NCBI GenBank assembly: GCA_964016885.1
Contig: OZ024741.1
Coordinates: forward strand, 416,206,001 to 416,270,000
From: Eledone cirrhosa
Taxonomy: Eukaryota
DNA length: 64,000 nt
Reading direction: 5' to 3'
In this document: positions 41,901 through 56,099 of the stretch, piece by piece
How the letters are laid out: each line of letters starts with the position of its first letter
Position numbering within the stretch: position 1 is the first letter of the stretch
Made by a program: the position numbers and the translations under genes
The notes under the pieces: generated by a model
Told to the model about the DNA's origin: nothing
The model's database searches: none
The model's input: the letters and a program-made list of their open reading frames with translations, nothing else

Positions 41901-44900
41901 GTTACCAACCTGGTCAACACTGACCAGGACTATTACCTACAGTTGTGTTAACCCTTTAGATTCCACCCTGGTCAACACTGACCAGGACTATAACCTACAG
42001 TTGTCTTAACCCTTTAGTTTCCAACCTGGTCAACACTGACCAGGACTATTACCTACAGCTGTGTTAACCCTTTAGTTACCAACCTGGTCAACACTAACCA
42101 GGACTATTACCTACAGTTGTCTTAAACCATTTAGTTTCCAGCCTGGTCAACACTGACCAGGAATATTACCTACAGTTGTATTAACCCTTTAGTTACCAAC
42201 CTGGTCAACACTGACCAGGACTATTACCTACAGCTGTGTTAACCCTTTAGTTACCAACCTGGTCAACACTGACCATGACTATTACCTACAGCTGTGTTAA
42301 CCCTTTAGTTACCAACCTGGTTAACACTGACCAGGACTATTACCTACAGTTGTCTTAACCCTTTAGTTACCAACCTGGTCAACACAGACCAGGACTATTA
42401 CCTACAGTTGTCTTAACCCTTTAGTTACCAACCTGGTCAACACTGACCAGGACTTACCTACAGTTGTCTTAACCCTTTAGTTACCAACCTGGTCAACACT
42501 GACCAGGACTTTAACCTACAGTTGTCTTAACCCTTTAGTTACCAACCTGGTCAACACTGACCAGGACTTACCTACAGTTGTCTTAACCCTTTAGTTACCA
42601 ACCTGGTCAACACTGACCAGGACTTACCTACAGTTGTCTTAACCCTTTAGTTACCAACCTGGTCAACACTGACCAGGACTATTACCTACAGTTGTCTTAA
42701 ACCCTTTAGTTTCCAGCCTGGTCAACACTGACCAGGACTATTACCTACAGTTGTCTTAAACCCTTTTGTTTCCAGCCTGGTCAACACTGACCAGGACTAT
42801 TACCTACAGTTGTTTTAACCCTTTAGTTACCAACCTGGTCAACACTGACCAGGACTATTACCTACAGTTGTCTTAAACTCTTTAGTTTCCAGCCTGGTCA
42901 ACACTGACCAGGACTATTACCTACAGTTGTCTTAACCCTTTAGTTACCAACCTGGTCAACACTGACCATGACTATTACCTACAGTTGTCTTAACCCTTTA
43001 GTTACCAACCTGGTCAACACTGACCAGGACTATCACCTACAGTTTTCTCAACCCTTTAGTTACCAACCTGGTCAACACTGACCAAGACTTACCTACAGTT
43101 GTCTTAACCCTTTAGTTACCAACCTGGTCAACACTGACCTGGACTATTACTTACAGTTGTCTTAACCCTTTAGTTACCAACCTGGTCAACACTGAACAAG
43201 ACTATTACCTACAGTTGTCTTAACCCTTTAGTTTCCAACCTGGTCAACACTGACCAGGACTATTACCTACAGTTGTGTTAACCCTTTAGTTTCCACCCTG
43301 GTCAACACTGACCAGGACTATTACCTACAGTTGTCTTAACCCTTTAGTTTCCAACATGGTCAACACTGACCAAGACTATTACCTACAGTTGTCTTAACCC
43401 TTTAGTTACCAACCTGGTCAACACTGACCAGGACTATTACCTACAGTTGTCTTAACCCTTTAGTTTCCAACCTGGTCAACACTGACCAAGACTATTACCT
43501 ACAGTTTTCTCAACCCTTTAGTTACCAACCTGGTCAACACTGACCAAGACTATTACCTACAGTTGTCTTAACCCTTTAGTTACCAACCTGGTCAACACTG
43601 ACCAGGACTATTACCTACAGTTGTATTAACCCTTTAGTTACCAACCTGGTCAACACTGACCAAGACTATTACCTACAGTTGTCTTAACCCTTTAGTTTCC
43701 AACCTGGTCAACACTGACCAGCACTAGTACCTACATTTGTCTTAAACCTTTAGTTACCAACCTGGTCAACACTGACCAAGACTATTACCTACAGTTGTCT
43801 TAACCCCTTAGTTACCAACCTGGTCAACACTGACCAGGACTATTACCTACCGTTGTCTTAACCCTTTAGTTACCAATCTGGTCAACACTGACCAGGACTA
43901 TTACCTACAGTTGTCTTAACCCTTTAGTTTCCAACCTGGTCAACACTGACCAAGAATATTACCTACAGTTGTCTTAACCCTTTAGTTACCAACCTGGTCA
44001 ACACTGACCAAGACTATTACCTACAGTGGTCTTAACTCTTTAGTTACCAACCTGGTCAACACTGACCAGGACTACTACCTACAGTTGTCTTAACCCTTTA
44101 GTTTCTAACCTGGTCAACACTGACCAGGACTATTACCTACAGCTGTGTTAACCCTTTAGTTACCAACCTGGTCAACACTGACCAAGACTATTACCTACAG
44201 TTGTCTTAACGCTTTAGTTTCCAACCTGGTCAACACTGACCAGGACTATTACCTACAGTTCTGTTAACCCTTTAGTTACCAACCTGGTCAAAACTGACCA
44301 GGATTATTACCTACAGTTGTCTTAACCCTTTAGTTTCCAACCTGGTCAACACTGACCAGGACTATTACCTACAGTTGTCTTAACCCTTTAGTTACCAACC
44401 TGGTCAACACTGACCAGGACTATTACCTACAATTGTCTTAACCCTTTAGTTTCCAACCTGGTCAACACTGACCAAGACTATTACCTACAGTTGTCTTAAC
44501 CATTTAGTTACCAACCTAGTCAACACTGACCAGGACTATTACCTATAGTTGTCTTAACCCTTTAGTTTCCAACCTGGTCAAAACTGACCAGGACTATTAC
44601 CTACAGTTGTCTTAACCCTTTAGTTTCCAACCTGGTCAACACTGACCAGGACTATTACCTACAGTTGTCTTAACCCTTTAGTTTCCAACCTGGTCAACAC
44701 TGACCAGGACTATTACCTACAGTTGTCTTAACCCTTTAGTTTCCAACCTGGTCAACACTGACCAGGACTATTACCTACAGTTGTCTTAACCCTTTAGTTA
44801 CCAACCTGGTCAACACTGACCAGGACTATTACCTACAGTTGTCTTAACCCTTTAGTTTCCAACCTGGTCAACACTGACCAGGAATATTACCTACAGTTGT

Positions 44901-47900
44901 CTTAACCCTTTATTTACCAACCTGGTCAACACTGACCAGGACTATTACCTACAGTTGTCTTAACCCTTTAGTTACCAACCTGGTCAACACTGACCAGGAC
45001 TATTACCTACAGTTGACTTAACCCTTTAGTTTCCAACCTGGTCAACACTGACCAAGACTATTACCTACAGTTGTCTTAACCCTTTAGTTACCAACCTGGT
45101 CAACACTGACCAGGACTATTACCTACAGTTGTCTTAACCCTTTACTTACCAACCTGGTCAACACTGACCAGGACTATTACCTACAGTTGTCTTAACCCTT
45201 TAGTTACCAACCTGGTCAACACTGACCAGGACTATTACCTACAGTTGTCTTAACCCTTTAGTTACCAACCTGGTCAACACTGACCAGGACTATTACCTAC
45301 AGTTGTCTTAACCCTTTAGTTACCAACCTGGTCAACACTGACCAGGACTATTACCTACAGTTGTCTTGACCCTTTAGTTTCCAACCTGGTCAACACTGAC
45401 CAAGACTATTACCTACAGTTTACTTAACCCTTTATTTACCAACCTGGTCAACACTGACCAGTACTATTACCTACAGTTGTCGTAACCATTTAGTTACCAA
45501 GCTGGTCAACACTGACCAAGACTATTACCTACAGTTGTCTTAACCCTAGGTTACCAACCTGGTCAACACTGACCAGGACTATTACCGACAGTTGTCTTAA
45601 CCCTTTAGTTACCAACCTGGTCAACACTGACCAGGACTATTACCTACAGTTGTCTTAACCTTTTAGTTTCCAACCTGGTCAACACTGACCAGGACTATTA
45701 CCCACAGTTGTCTTAACCCTTTAGTTACCAACCTGGTCAACACTGACCAGGACTATTACCTACAGTTTACTTAACCCTTTATTTACCAACCTGGTCAACA
45801 CTGACCAGTACTATTACCTACAGTTGTCGTAACCATTTAGTTACCAAGCTGGTCAACACTGACCAAGACTATTACCTACAGTTGTCTTAACCCTTTAGTT
45901 TCCAACCTGGTCAACACTGACCAGGACTATTACCTACAGTTGTGTTAACCCTTTAGTTTCCACCCTGGTCAACACTGATCAGGACTATTACCTACAGTTG
46001 TCTTAACCCTTTAGTTACCAACCTGGTCAACACTGACCAGGACTATTACCTACAGTTGTCTTAACCCTTTAGTTACCAACCTGGTCAACACTGACCAGGA
46101 CTATTACCTACAGTTGTCTTAACCCTTTAGTTACCAACCTGGTCAACACTGACCAGGACTATTACCTACAGTTGCCTTAACCCTTTATTTACCAACATGG
46201 TCACCACTGACCAGGAGTATTACCTACAGTTGTCTTAACCCTTTAGTTTCCAACCTGGTCAACACTGACCAGGACTATTACCTACAGTTGTCTTAACCCT
46301 TTAGTTACCAACCTGGTCAACACTGACCAGCACTATTACCTACAGTTGTCTTAACCCTTTAGTTACCAACCTGGTCAACACTGACCAGCACTATTACCTA
46401 CAGTTGTCTTAACCCTTTAGTTTCCAACCTGGTCAACACTTACCAGGACTATTACCTACAGTTGTCTTAACCCTTTAGTTTCCAACCTGGTCAACACTGA
46501 CCAGGACTATTACCTAGAGTTGTCTTAACCCTTTAGTTACCAACCTGGTCAACACTGACCAGCACTATTACCTACAGTTGTCTTAACCCTTTAGTTTCCA
46601 ACCTGGTCAACACTGACCAGGACTATTACCTACAGTTGTCTTAACCCTTTAGTTACCAACCTGGTCAACACTGACCAGCACTATTACCTACAGTTGTCTT
46701 AACCCTTTAGTTACCAACCTGGTCAACACTGACCAGCACTATTACCTACAGTTGTCTTAACCCTTTAGTTTCCAACCTGGTCAAAACTGACCAGGACTAT
46801 TACCTACAGTTTTCTTAACCCTTTAGTTTCCAACCTGGTCAACACTGACCAGGACTATTACCTACAGTTGTCTTAACCCTTTAGTTACCAACCTGGTCAA
46901 CACTAACCAGCACTATTACGTACAGTTGTCTTAACCCTTTAGTTTCCAACCTGGTAAACACTGACCAGGACTATTACCTACAGTTGTCTTAACCCTTTAG
47001 TTACCAACCTGGTCAACACTGACCAGCACTATTACCTACAGTTGTCTTAACCCTTTAGTTTCCAACCTGGTCAACACTGACCAGGACTATAACCTACAGT
47101 TGTCTTAACCCTTTAGTTACCAACCTGGTCAACACTGACCAGGACTATTACCTACAGTTGTGTTAACCCTTTAGTTTCCAACCTGGTCAACACTAACCAG
47201 GACTATTACCTACAGTTGTCTTAACCCTTTAGTTTCCAACCTGGTCAACACTGACCAAGACTATTACCTACAGTTGTCTTAACCCTTTAGTTTCCAACCT
47301 GGTCAACACTGACCAGGACTATAACCTACAGTTGTTTTAACCCTTTAGTTACCAACCTGGTCAACACTGACCAGGACTATTACCTACAGTTGTCTTAACC
47401 CTTTAGTTTCCTACCTGGTCAACACTGACCAGGACTATTACCTAAAGTTGTTTTAACCGTTTAGTTACCAACCTGGTCAACACTGACCAGGACTATTACC
47501 TACAGTTGTTTTAACCCTTTAGTTACCAACCTGGTCAACACTGACCAGGACTATTACCTACAGTTGTCTTAACCCTTTAGTTACCAACCTGGTCAACACA
47601 GACCAGGACTATTACCTACAGTTGTCTTAACCCTTTAGTTACCAACCTGGTCAACACTGACCAGGACTATTACCTACAGTTGTCTTAACCCTTTAGTTAC
47701 CAACCTGGTCAACACTAACCAGGACTATTACCTATAGTTGTCTTAACCCTTTAGTTTCCAACCTAGTCAACACTGACCAGGACTATTACCTACAGTTGTC
47801 TTAACCCTTTAGTTACCAACCTGGTCAACACTGACCAGGACTATTACCTACAGTTGTCTTAACCCTTTAGTTACCAACCTGGTCAACACTGACGAGGACT

Positions 47901-50900
47901 ATTACCTACAGTTTTCTTAACCCTTTAGTTACCAACCTGGTCAACACTGACCAGGACTATTACCTACAGTTGTCTTAACTATTTAGTTACCAACCTGGTC
48001 AACACTGACCAGCACTATTACCTACAGTTGTCTTAACCCTTTAGTTACCAACCTGGTCAACACTGACCAGGACTATTACCTACAGTTGTCTTAACCCTTT
48101 AGTTACCAACCTGGTCAACACTGACCAGCACTATTACCTACAGTTGTCTTAACCCTTTAGTTACCAACCTGGTCAACACTGACCAGCACTATTACCTACA
48201 GTTGTCTTAACCCTTTAGTTTCCAACCTGGTCAACACTGACCAGGACTATTACCTACAGTTGTCTTAACCCTTTAGTTACTAACCTGGTCAACACTGACC
48301 AGCACTATTACCTACAGTTGTCTTAACCCTTTAGTTACCAACCTGGTCAACACTGACCAGGACTATTACCTACAGTTGTCTTAACCCTTTAGTTTCCAAC
48401 CTGGTCAACACTGACCAGGACTATTACCTACAGTTGTCTTAACCCTTTAGTTACCAACCTGGTCAACACTGACCAGCACTATTACCTACAGTTGTCTTAA
48501 CCCTTTAGTTACCAACCTGGTCAACACTGACCAGCACTATTACCTACAGTTGTCTTAACCCTTTAGTTTCCAACCTGGTCAACACTTACCAGGACTATTA
48601 CCTACAGTTGTCTTAACCCTTTAGTTTCCAACCTGGTCAATACTGACCAGGACTATTACCTACAGTTGTCTTAACCCTTTACTTACCAACCTGGTCAACA
48701 CTGACCAGGACTATTACCTACAGTTGTCTTAACCCTTTAGTTACCAACCTGGTCAACACTGACCAGGACTATTACCTACAGCTGTCGTTACCCTTTAGTT
48801 ACCAACCTGGTCAACACTAACCAGGACTATTACCTATAGTTGTCTTAACCCTTTAGTTTCTAACCTGGTCTACACAGACCAAGACTTGCCTACAGTTGTC
48901 TTAACCCTTTAGTTTCCAACCTGGTCAACACTGACCAAGACTTACCTACAGTTGTCTTAACCCTTTAGTTACCAACCTGGTCAACACTGACCAAGACTTA
49001 CCTACAGTTGTCTTAACCCTTTAGTTACCAACCTGGTCAACACTGACCAGCACTATTACCTACAGTTGTCTTAACCCTTCAGTTACCAACCTGGTCAACA
49101 CTGACCAGCACTATTACCTACAGTTGTCTTAACCCTTTAGTTACCAACCTGGTCAACACTGACCAGCACTATTACCTACAGTTGTCTTAACCCTTTAGTT
49201 ACCAACCTGGTCAACACTGACCAGCACTATTACCTACAGTTGTCTTAACCCTTTAGTTTCCAACCTGGTCAACACTGACCAGGACTATTACCTACAGTTG
49301 TCTTAACCCTTTAGTTACCAACCTGGTCAACACTGACCAGGACTATTACCTACAGTTGTTTTAACCCTTTAGTTACCAACCTGGTTAACACTGACCAGGA
49401 CTATTACCTACAGTTGTCTTAACCCTTTAGTTACCAACCTGGTCAACACACCAGGACTATTACCTACAGTTGTCTTAACCCTTTAGTTACCAACCTGGTC
49501 AACACTGACCAGGACTATTACCTACAGTTGTCTTAACCCTTTAGTTACCAACCTGGTCAACACTGACCAGCACTATTACCTACAGTTGTCTTAACCCTTT
49601 AGTTACCAACCTGGTCAACACTGACCAGCACTATTACCTACAGTTGTCTTAACCCTTTAGTTTCCAATCTGGTCAACACTGACCAGGACTATTACCTACA
49701 GTTGTCTTAACCCTTTAGTTACCAACCTGGTCAAAACTGACCAGCACTATTACCTACAGTTGTCTTAACCCTTTAGTTACCAACCTGGTCAACACTGACC
49801 AGCACTATTACCTACAGTTGTCTTAACCCTTTAGTTTCCAACCTAGTCAACACTGACCAGGACTATTACCTACAGTTGTCTTAACCCTTTAGTTACTAAC
49901 CTGGTCAACACTGACCAGGACTATTACCTACAGTTGTCTTAACCCTTTAGTTCCCAACCTCGTCAACACTTACCAGGACTATTACCTACAGTTGTCTTAA
50001 CCCTTTAGTTACCAACCTGGTCAACACTAACCAGGACTATTACCTACAGTTGTCTTAACCCTTTAGTTACCAGTCTGGTCAACACTGACGAGGACTATTA
50101 CCTACAGTTGTCTTAACCCATTAGTTACCAACCTGGTCAACACTGACCAGGACTATTACCTACAGTTGTCGTTACCCTTTAGTTACCAACCTGGTCAACA
50201 CTAACCAGGACTATTACCTATAGTTGTCTTAACCCTTTAGTTTCTAACCTGGTCTACACAGACCAAGACTTGCCTACAGTTGTCTTAACCCTTTAGTTTC
50301 CAACCTGGTCAACACTGACCAAGACTTACCTACAGTTGTCTTAACCCTTTAGTTACCAACCTGGTCAAAACTGACCAAGACTTACCTACAGTTGTCTTAA
50401 CCCTTTAGTTACCAACCTGGTCAACACTGACCAGCACTATTACCTACAGTTGTCTTAACCCTTTAGTTTCCAACCTGGTCAACACTGACCAGGACTATTA
50501 CCTACAGTTGTCTTAACCCTTTAGTTACCAACCTGGTCAACACTGACCAGCACTATTACCTACAGTTGTCTTAACCCTTTAGTTACCAACCTGGTCAACA
50601 CTGACCAGCACTATTACCTACAGTTGTCTTAACCCTTTAGTTTCCAACCTGGTCAACACTGACCAGGACTATTACCTACAGTTGTCTTAACCCTTTAGTT
50701 ACCAACCTGGTCAACACTGACCAGCACTATTACCTACAGTTGTCTTAACCCTTTAGTTACCAACCTGGTCAACACTGACCAGCACTATTACCTACAGTTG
50801 TCTTAACCCTTTAGTTTCCAACCTGGTCAACACTGACCAGGACTATTACCTACAGTTGTTTTAACCCTTTAGTTACCAACCTGGTCAACACTGACCAGGA

Positions 50901-52599
50901 CTATTACCTACAGTTGTCTTAACCCTTTAGTTTCCTACCTGGTCAACACTGACCAGGACTATTACCTAAAGTTGTTTTAACCGTTTAGTTACCAACCTGG
51001 TCAACACTGACCAGGACTATTACCTACAGTTGTTTTAACCCTTTAGTTACCAACCTGGTCAACACTGACCAGGACTATTACCTACAGTTGTCTTAACCCT
51101 TTAGTTACCAACCTGGTCAACACTAACCAGGACTATTACCTATAGTTGTCTTAACCCTTTAGTTTCCAACCTAGTCAACACTGACCAGGACTATTACCTA
51201 CAGTTGTCTTAACCCTTTAGTTACAAACCTGGTCAACACTGACCAGGACTATTACCTACAGTTGTCTTAACCCTTTAGTTACCAACCTGGTCAACACTGA
51301 CCAGCACTATTACCTACAGTTGTCTTAACCCTTTAGTTTCCAACCTGGTCAACACTGACCAGGACTATTACCTACAGTTGTCTTAACCCTTTAGTTACCA
51401 ACCTGGTCAACACTGACCAGCACTATTACCTACAGTTGTCTTAACCCTTTAGTTACTAACCTGGTCAACACTGACCAGGACTATTACCTACAGTTGTCGT
51501 TACCCTTTAGTTACCAACCTGGTCAACACTAACCAGGACTATTACCTATAGTTGTCTTAACCCTTTAGTTTCTAACCTGGTCTACACAGACCAAGACTTG
51601 CCTACAGTTGTCTTAACCCTTTAGTTTCCAACCTGGTCAACACTGACCAAGACTTACCTACAGTTGTCTTAACCCTTTAGTTACCAACCTGGTCAACACT
51701 GACCAAGACTTACCTACAGTTGTCTTAACCCTTTAGTTACCAACCTGGTCAACACTGACCAGCACTATTACCTACAGTTGTCTTAACCCTTTAGTTTCCA
51801 ACCTGGTCAACACTGACCAGGACTATTACCTACAGTTGTCTTAACCCTTTAGTTACCAACCTGGTCAACACTGACCAGCACTATTACCTACAGTTGTCTT
51901 AACCCTTTAGTTACCAACCTGGTCAACACTGACCAGCACTATTACCTACAGTTGTCTTAACCCTTTAGTTTCCAACCTGGTCAACACTGACCAGGACTAT
52001 TACCTACAGTTGTCTTAACCCTTTAGTTACCAACCTGGTCAACACTGACCAGCACTATTACCTACAGTTGTCTTAACCCTTTAGTTACCAACCTGGTCAA
52101 CACTGACCAGCACTATTACCTACAGTTGTCTTAACCCTTTAGTTTCCAACCTGGTCAACACTGACCAGGACTATTACCTACAGTTGTCTTAACCCTTTAG
52201 TTACCAACCTGGTCAACACTGACCAGCACTATTACCTACAGTTGTCTTAACCCTTTAGTTACCAACCTGGTCAACACTGACCAGGACTATTACCTACAGT
52301 TGTCTTAACCCTTTAGTTTCCTACCTGGTCAACACTGACCAGGACTATTACCTAAAGTTGTTTTAACCGTTTAGTTACCAACCTGGTCAACACTGACCAG
52401 GACTATTACCTACAGTTGTTTTAACCCTTTAGTTACCAACCTGGTCAACACTGACCAGGACTATTACCTACAGTTGTCTTAACCCTTTAGTTACCAACCT
52501 GGTCAACACAGACCAGGACTATTACCTACAGTTGTCTTAACCCTTTAGTTACCAACCTGGTCAACACTGACCAGGACTATTACCTACAGTTGTCTTAAC

Positions 52600-55500
52600 C
52601 CTTTAGTTACCAACCTGGTCAACACTAACCAGGACTATTACCTATGGTTGTCTTAACCCTTTAGTTTCCAACCTAGTCAACACTGACCAGGAATATTACC
52701 TACAGTTGTCTTAACCCTTTAGTTACCAACCTGGTCAACACTGACCAGGACTATTACCTACAGTTGTCTTAACCCTTTAGTTACCAACCTGGTCAACACT
52801 GACGAGGACTATTACCTACAGTTTTCTTAACCCTTTAGTTACCAACCTGGTCAACACTGACCAGGACTATTACCTACAGTTGTCTTAACCCTTTAGTTAC
52901 CAACCTGGTCAACACTGACCAGCACTATTACCTACAGTTGTCTTAACCCTTTAGTTACCAACCTGGTCAACACTGACCAGCACTATTACCTACAGTTGTC
53001 TTAACCCTTTAGTTACCAAACTGGTCAACACTGACCAGCACTATTACCTACAGTTGTCTTAACCCTTTAGTTTCCAACCTGGTCAACACTGACCAGGACT
53101 ATTACCTACAGTTGTCTTAACCCTTTAGTTACCAACCTGGTCAACACTGACCAGGACTATTACCTACAGTTGTCTTAACCCTTTAGTTACCAACCTGGTC
53201 AACACTGACCAGCACTATTACCTACAGTTGTCTTAACCCTTTAGTTACCAACCTGGTCAACACTGACCAGCACTATTACCTACAGTTGTCTTAACCCTTT
53301 AGTTTCCAACCTGGTCAACACTGACCAGGACTATTACCTACAGTTTTCTTAACCCTTTAGTTTCCAACCTGGTCAACACTGACCAGGACTATTACCTACA
53401 GTTGTCTTAACCCTTTAGTTACCAACCTGGTCAACACTGACCAGCACTATTACGTACAGTTGTCTTAACCCTTTAGTTTCCAACCTGGTAAACACTGACC
53501 AGGACTATTACCTACAGTTGTCTTAACCCTTTAGTTACCAACCTGGTCAACACTGACCAGGACTATAACCTACAGTTGTTTTAACCCTTTAGTTACCAAC
53601 CTGGTCAACACTGACCAGGACTATTACCTACAGTTGTCTTAACCCTTTAGTTTCCTACCTGGTCAACACTGACCAGGACTATTACCTAAAGTTGTTTTAA
53701 CCGTTTAGTTACCAACCTGGTCAACACTGACCAGGACTATTACCTACAGTTGTTTTAACCCTTTAGTTACCAACCTGGTCAACACTGACCAGGACTATTA
53801 CCTACAGTTGTCTTAACCCTTTAGTTACCAACCTGGTCAACACTAACCAGGACTATTACCTATAGTTGTCTTAACCCTTTAGTTTCCAACCTAGTCAACA
53901 CTGACCAGGACTATTACCTACAGTTGTCTTAACCCTTTAGTTACAAACCTGGTCAACACTGACCAGGACTATTACCTACAGTTGTCTTAACCCTTTAGTT
54001 ACCAACCTGGTCAACACTGACCAGCACTATTACCTACAGTTGTCTTAACCCTTTAGTTTCCAACCTGGTCAACACTGACCAGGACTATTACCTACAGTTG
54101 TCTTAACCCTTTAGTTACCAACCTGGTCAACACTGACCAGCACTATTACCTACAGTTGTCTTAACCCTTTAGTTACCAACCTGGTCAACACTGACCAGGA
54201 CTATTACCTACAGTTGTCTTAACCCTTTAGTTACCAACCTGGTCAACACTAACCAGGACTATTACCTATGGTTGTCTTAACCCTTTAGTTTCCAACCTAG
54301 TCAACACTGACCAGGAATATTACCTACAGTTGTCTTAACCCTTTAGTTACCAACCTGGTCAACACTGACCAGGACTATTACCTACAGTTGTCTTAACCCT
54401 TTAGTTACCAACCTGGTCAACACTGACGAGGACTATTACCTACAGTTTTCTTAACCCTTTAGTTACCAACCTGGTCAACACTGACCAGGACTATTACCTA
54501 CAGTTGTCTTAACCCTTTAGTTACCAACCTGGTCAACACTGACCAGCACTATTACCTACAGTTGTCTTAACCCTTTAGTTACCAACCTGGTCAACACTGA
54601 CCAGGACTATTACCTACAGTTGTCTTAACCCTTTAGTTACCAACCTGGTCAACACTGACCAGCACTATTACCTACAGTTGTCTTAACCCTTTAGTTACCA
54701 ACCTGGTCAACACTGACCAGCACTATTACCTACAGTTGTCTTAACCCTTTAGTTTCCAACCTGGTCAACACTGACCAGGACTATTACCTACAGTTGTCTT
54801 AACCCTTTAGTTACCAACCTGGTCAACACTGACCAGCACTATTACCTACAGTTGTCTTAACCCTTTAGTTACCAACCTGGTCAACACTGACCAGCACTAT
54901 TACCTACAGTTGTCTTAACCCTTTAGTTTCCAACCTGGTCAACACTGACCAGGACTATTACCTACAGTTGTCTTAACCCTTTAGTTACCAACCTGGTCAA
55001 CACTGACCAGCACTATTACCTACAGTTGTCTTAACCCTTTAGTTACCAACCTGGTCAACACTGACCAGCACTATTACCTACAGTTGTCTTAACCCTTTAG
55101 TTTCCAACCTGGTCAACACTGACCAGGACTATTACCTACAGTTTTCTTAACCCTTTAGTTTCCAACCTGGTCAACACTGACCAGGACTATTACCTACAGT
55201 TGTCTTAACCCTTTAGTTACCAACCTGGTCAACACTGACCAGCACTATTACGTACAGTTGTCTTAACCCTTTAGTTTCCAACCTGGTAAACACTGACCAG
55301 GGCTATTACCTACAGTTGTCTTAACCCTTTAGTTACCAACCTGGTCAACACTGACCAGGACTATAACCTACAGTTGTTTTAACCCTTTAGTTACCAACCT
55401 GGTCAACACTGACCAGGACTATTACCTACAGTTGTCTTAACCCTTTAGTTTCCTACCTGGTCAACACTGACCAGGACTATTACCTAAAGTTGTTTTAACC

Positions 55501-55790
55501 GTTTAGTTACCAACCTGGTCAACACTGACCAGGACTATTACCTACAGTTGTTTTAACCCTTTAGTTACCAACCTGGTCAACACTGACCAGGACTATTACC
55601 TACAGTTGTCTTAACCCTTTAGTTACCAACCTGGTCAACACTAACCAGGACTATTACCTATAGTTGTCTTAACCCTTTAGTTTCCAACCTAGTCAACACT
55701 GACCAGGACTATTACCTACAGTTGTCTTAACCCTTTAGTTACAAACCTGGTCAACACTGACCAGGACTATTACCTACAGTTGTCTTAACC
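52600..55790. repeat. ~1.6-1.8-kb (28-31 monomer) tandem duplication
   Basis: CTATGG G 52646/54270 (1624 = 28x58); TACGTAC 53454/55252 and TTACAAACC 53941/55739 (1798 = 31x58). Confidence 0.8.
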
Positions 55791-56099
55791 CTTTAGTTAC
55801 CAACCTGGTCAACACTAACCAGGACTATTACCTATAGTTGTCTTAACCCTTTAGTTTCTAACCTGGTCTACACAGACCAAGACTTGCCTACAGTTGTCTT
55901 AACCCTTTAGTTTCCAACCTGGTCAACACTGACCAAGACTTACCTACAGTTGTCTTAACCCTTTAGTTACCAACCTGGTCAACACTGACCAAGACTTACC
56001 TACAGTTGTCTTAACCCTTTAGTTACCAACCTGGTCAACACTGACCAGCACTATTACCTACAGTTGTCTTAACCCTTTAGTTTCCAACCTGGTCAACAC

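Larger units (their letters stand above)
1..44323. repeat. Left sub-family domain of the satellite
   Basis: Diagnostic variants confined here: 59-bp TTAAACCC...CCAGCC monomers (last ~42880), CAGCTGTGTT (last ~44140), TTTTCTCAAC (last ~43505), linked GACCTGG+TTACTTAC (last ~43140), CACTAGTACC, and CAGC linked to CTAGAG. Confidence 0.9.
24223..44323. repeat. Tandem duplication of a ~7-kb (~121-124 monomer) block, later expanded by internal duplications
   Basis: ATATACCC 26361/39394; GACTTAATCC 27461/40552; GACCGGG 25641/34506/38558; terminal monomer AAAACTGACCAGGATT ending 33087/37139/44323. The offsets reconcile arithmetically: 8865+4052=12917 and 13091-1855=11236. Confidence 0.85.

Noticed and set aside
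47889-47897. Hammerhead ribozyme core (CTGACGAG), as found in some animal satellites
   Set aside because: CTGANGA occurs only in a rare variant, there is no GAAA on the same strand, and stems I-III cannot be built.
48277-48284. Yeast-type branch point TACTAAC
   Set aside because: It is a single C>T variant of the monomer, with no exon or intron structure around it.
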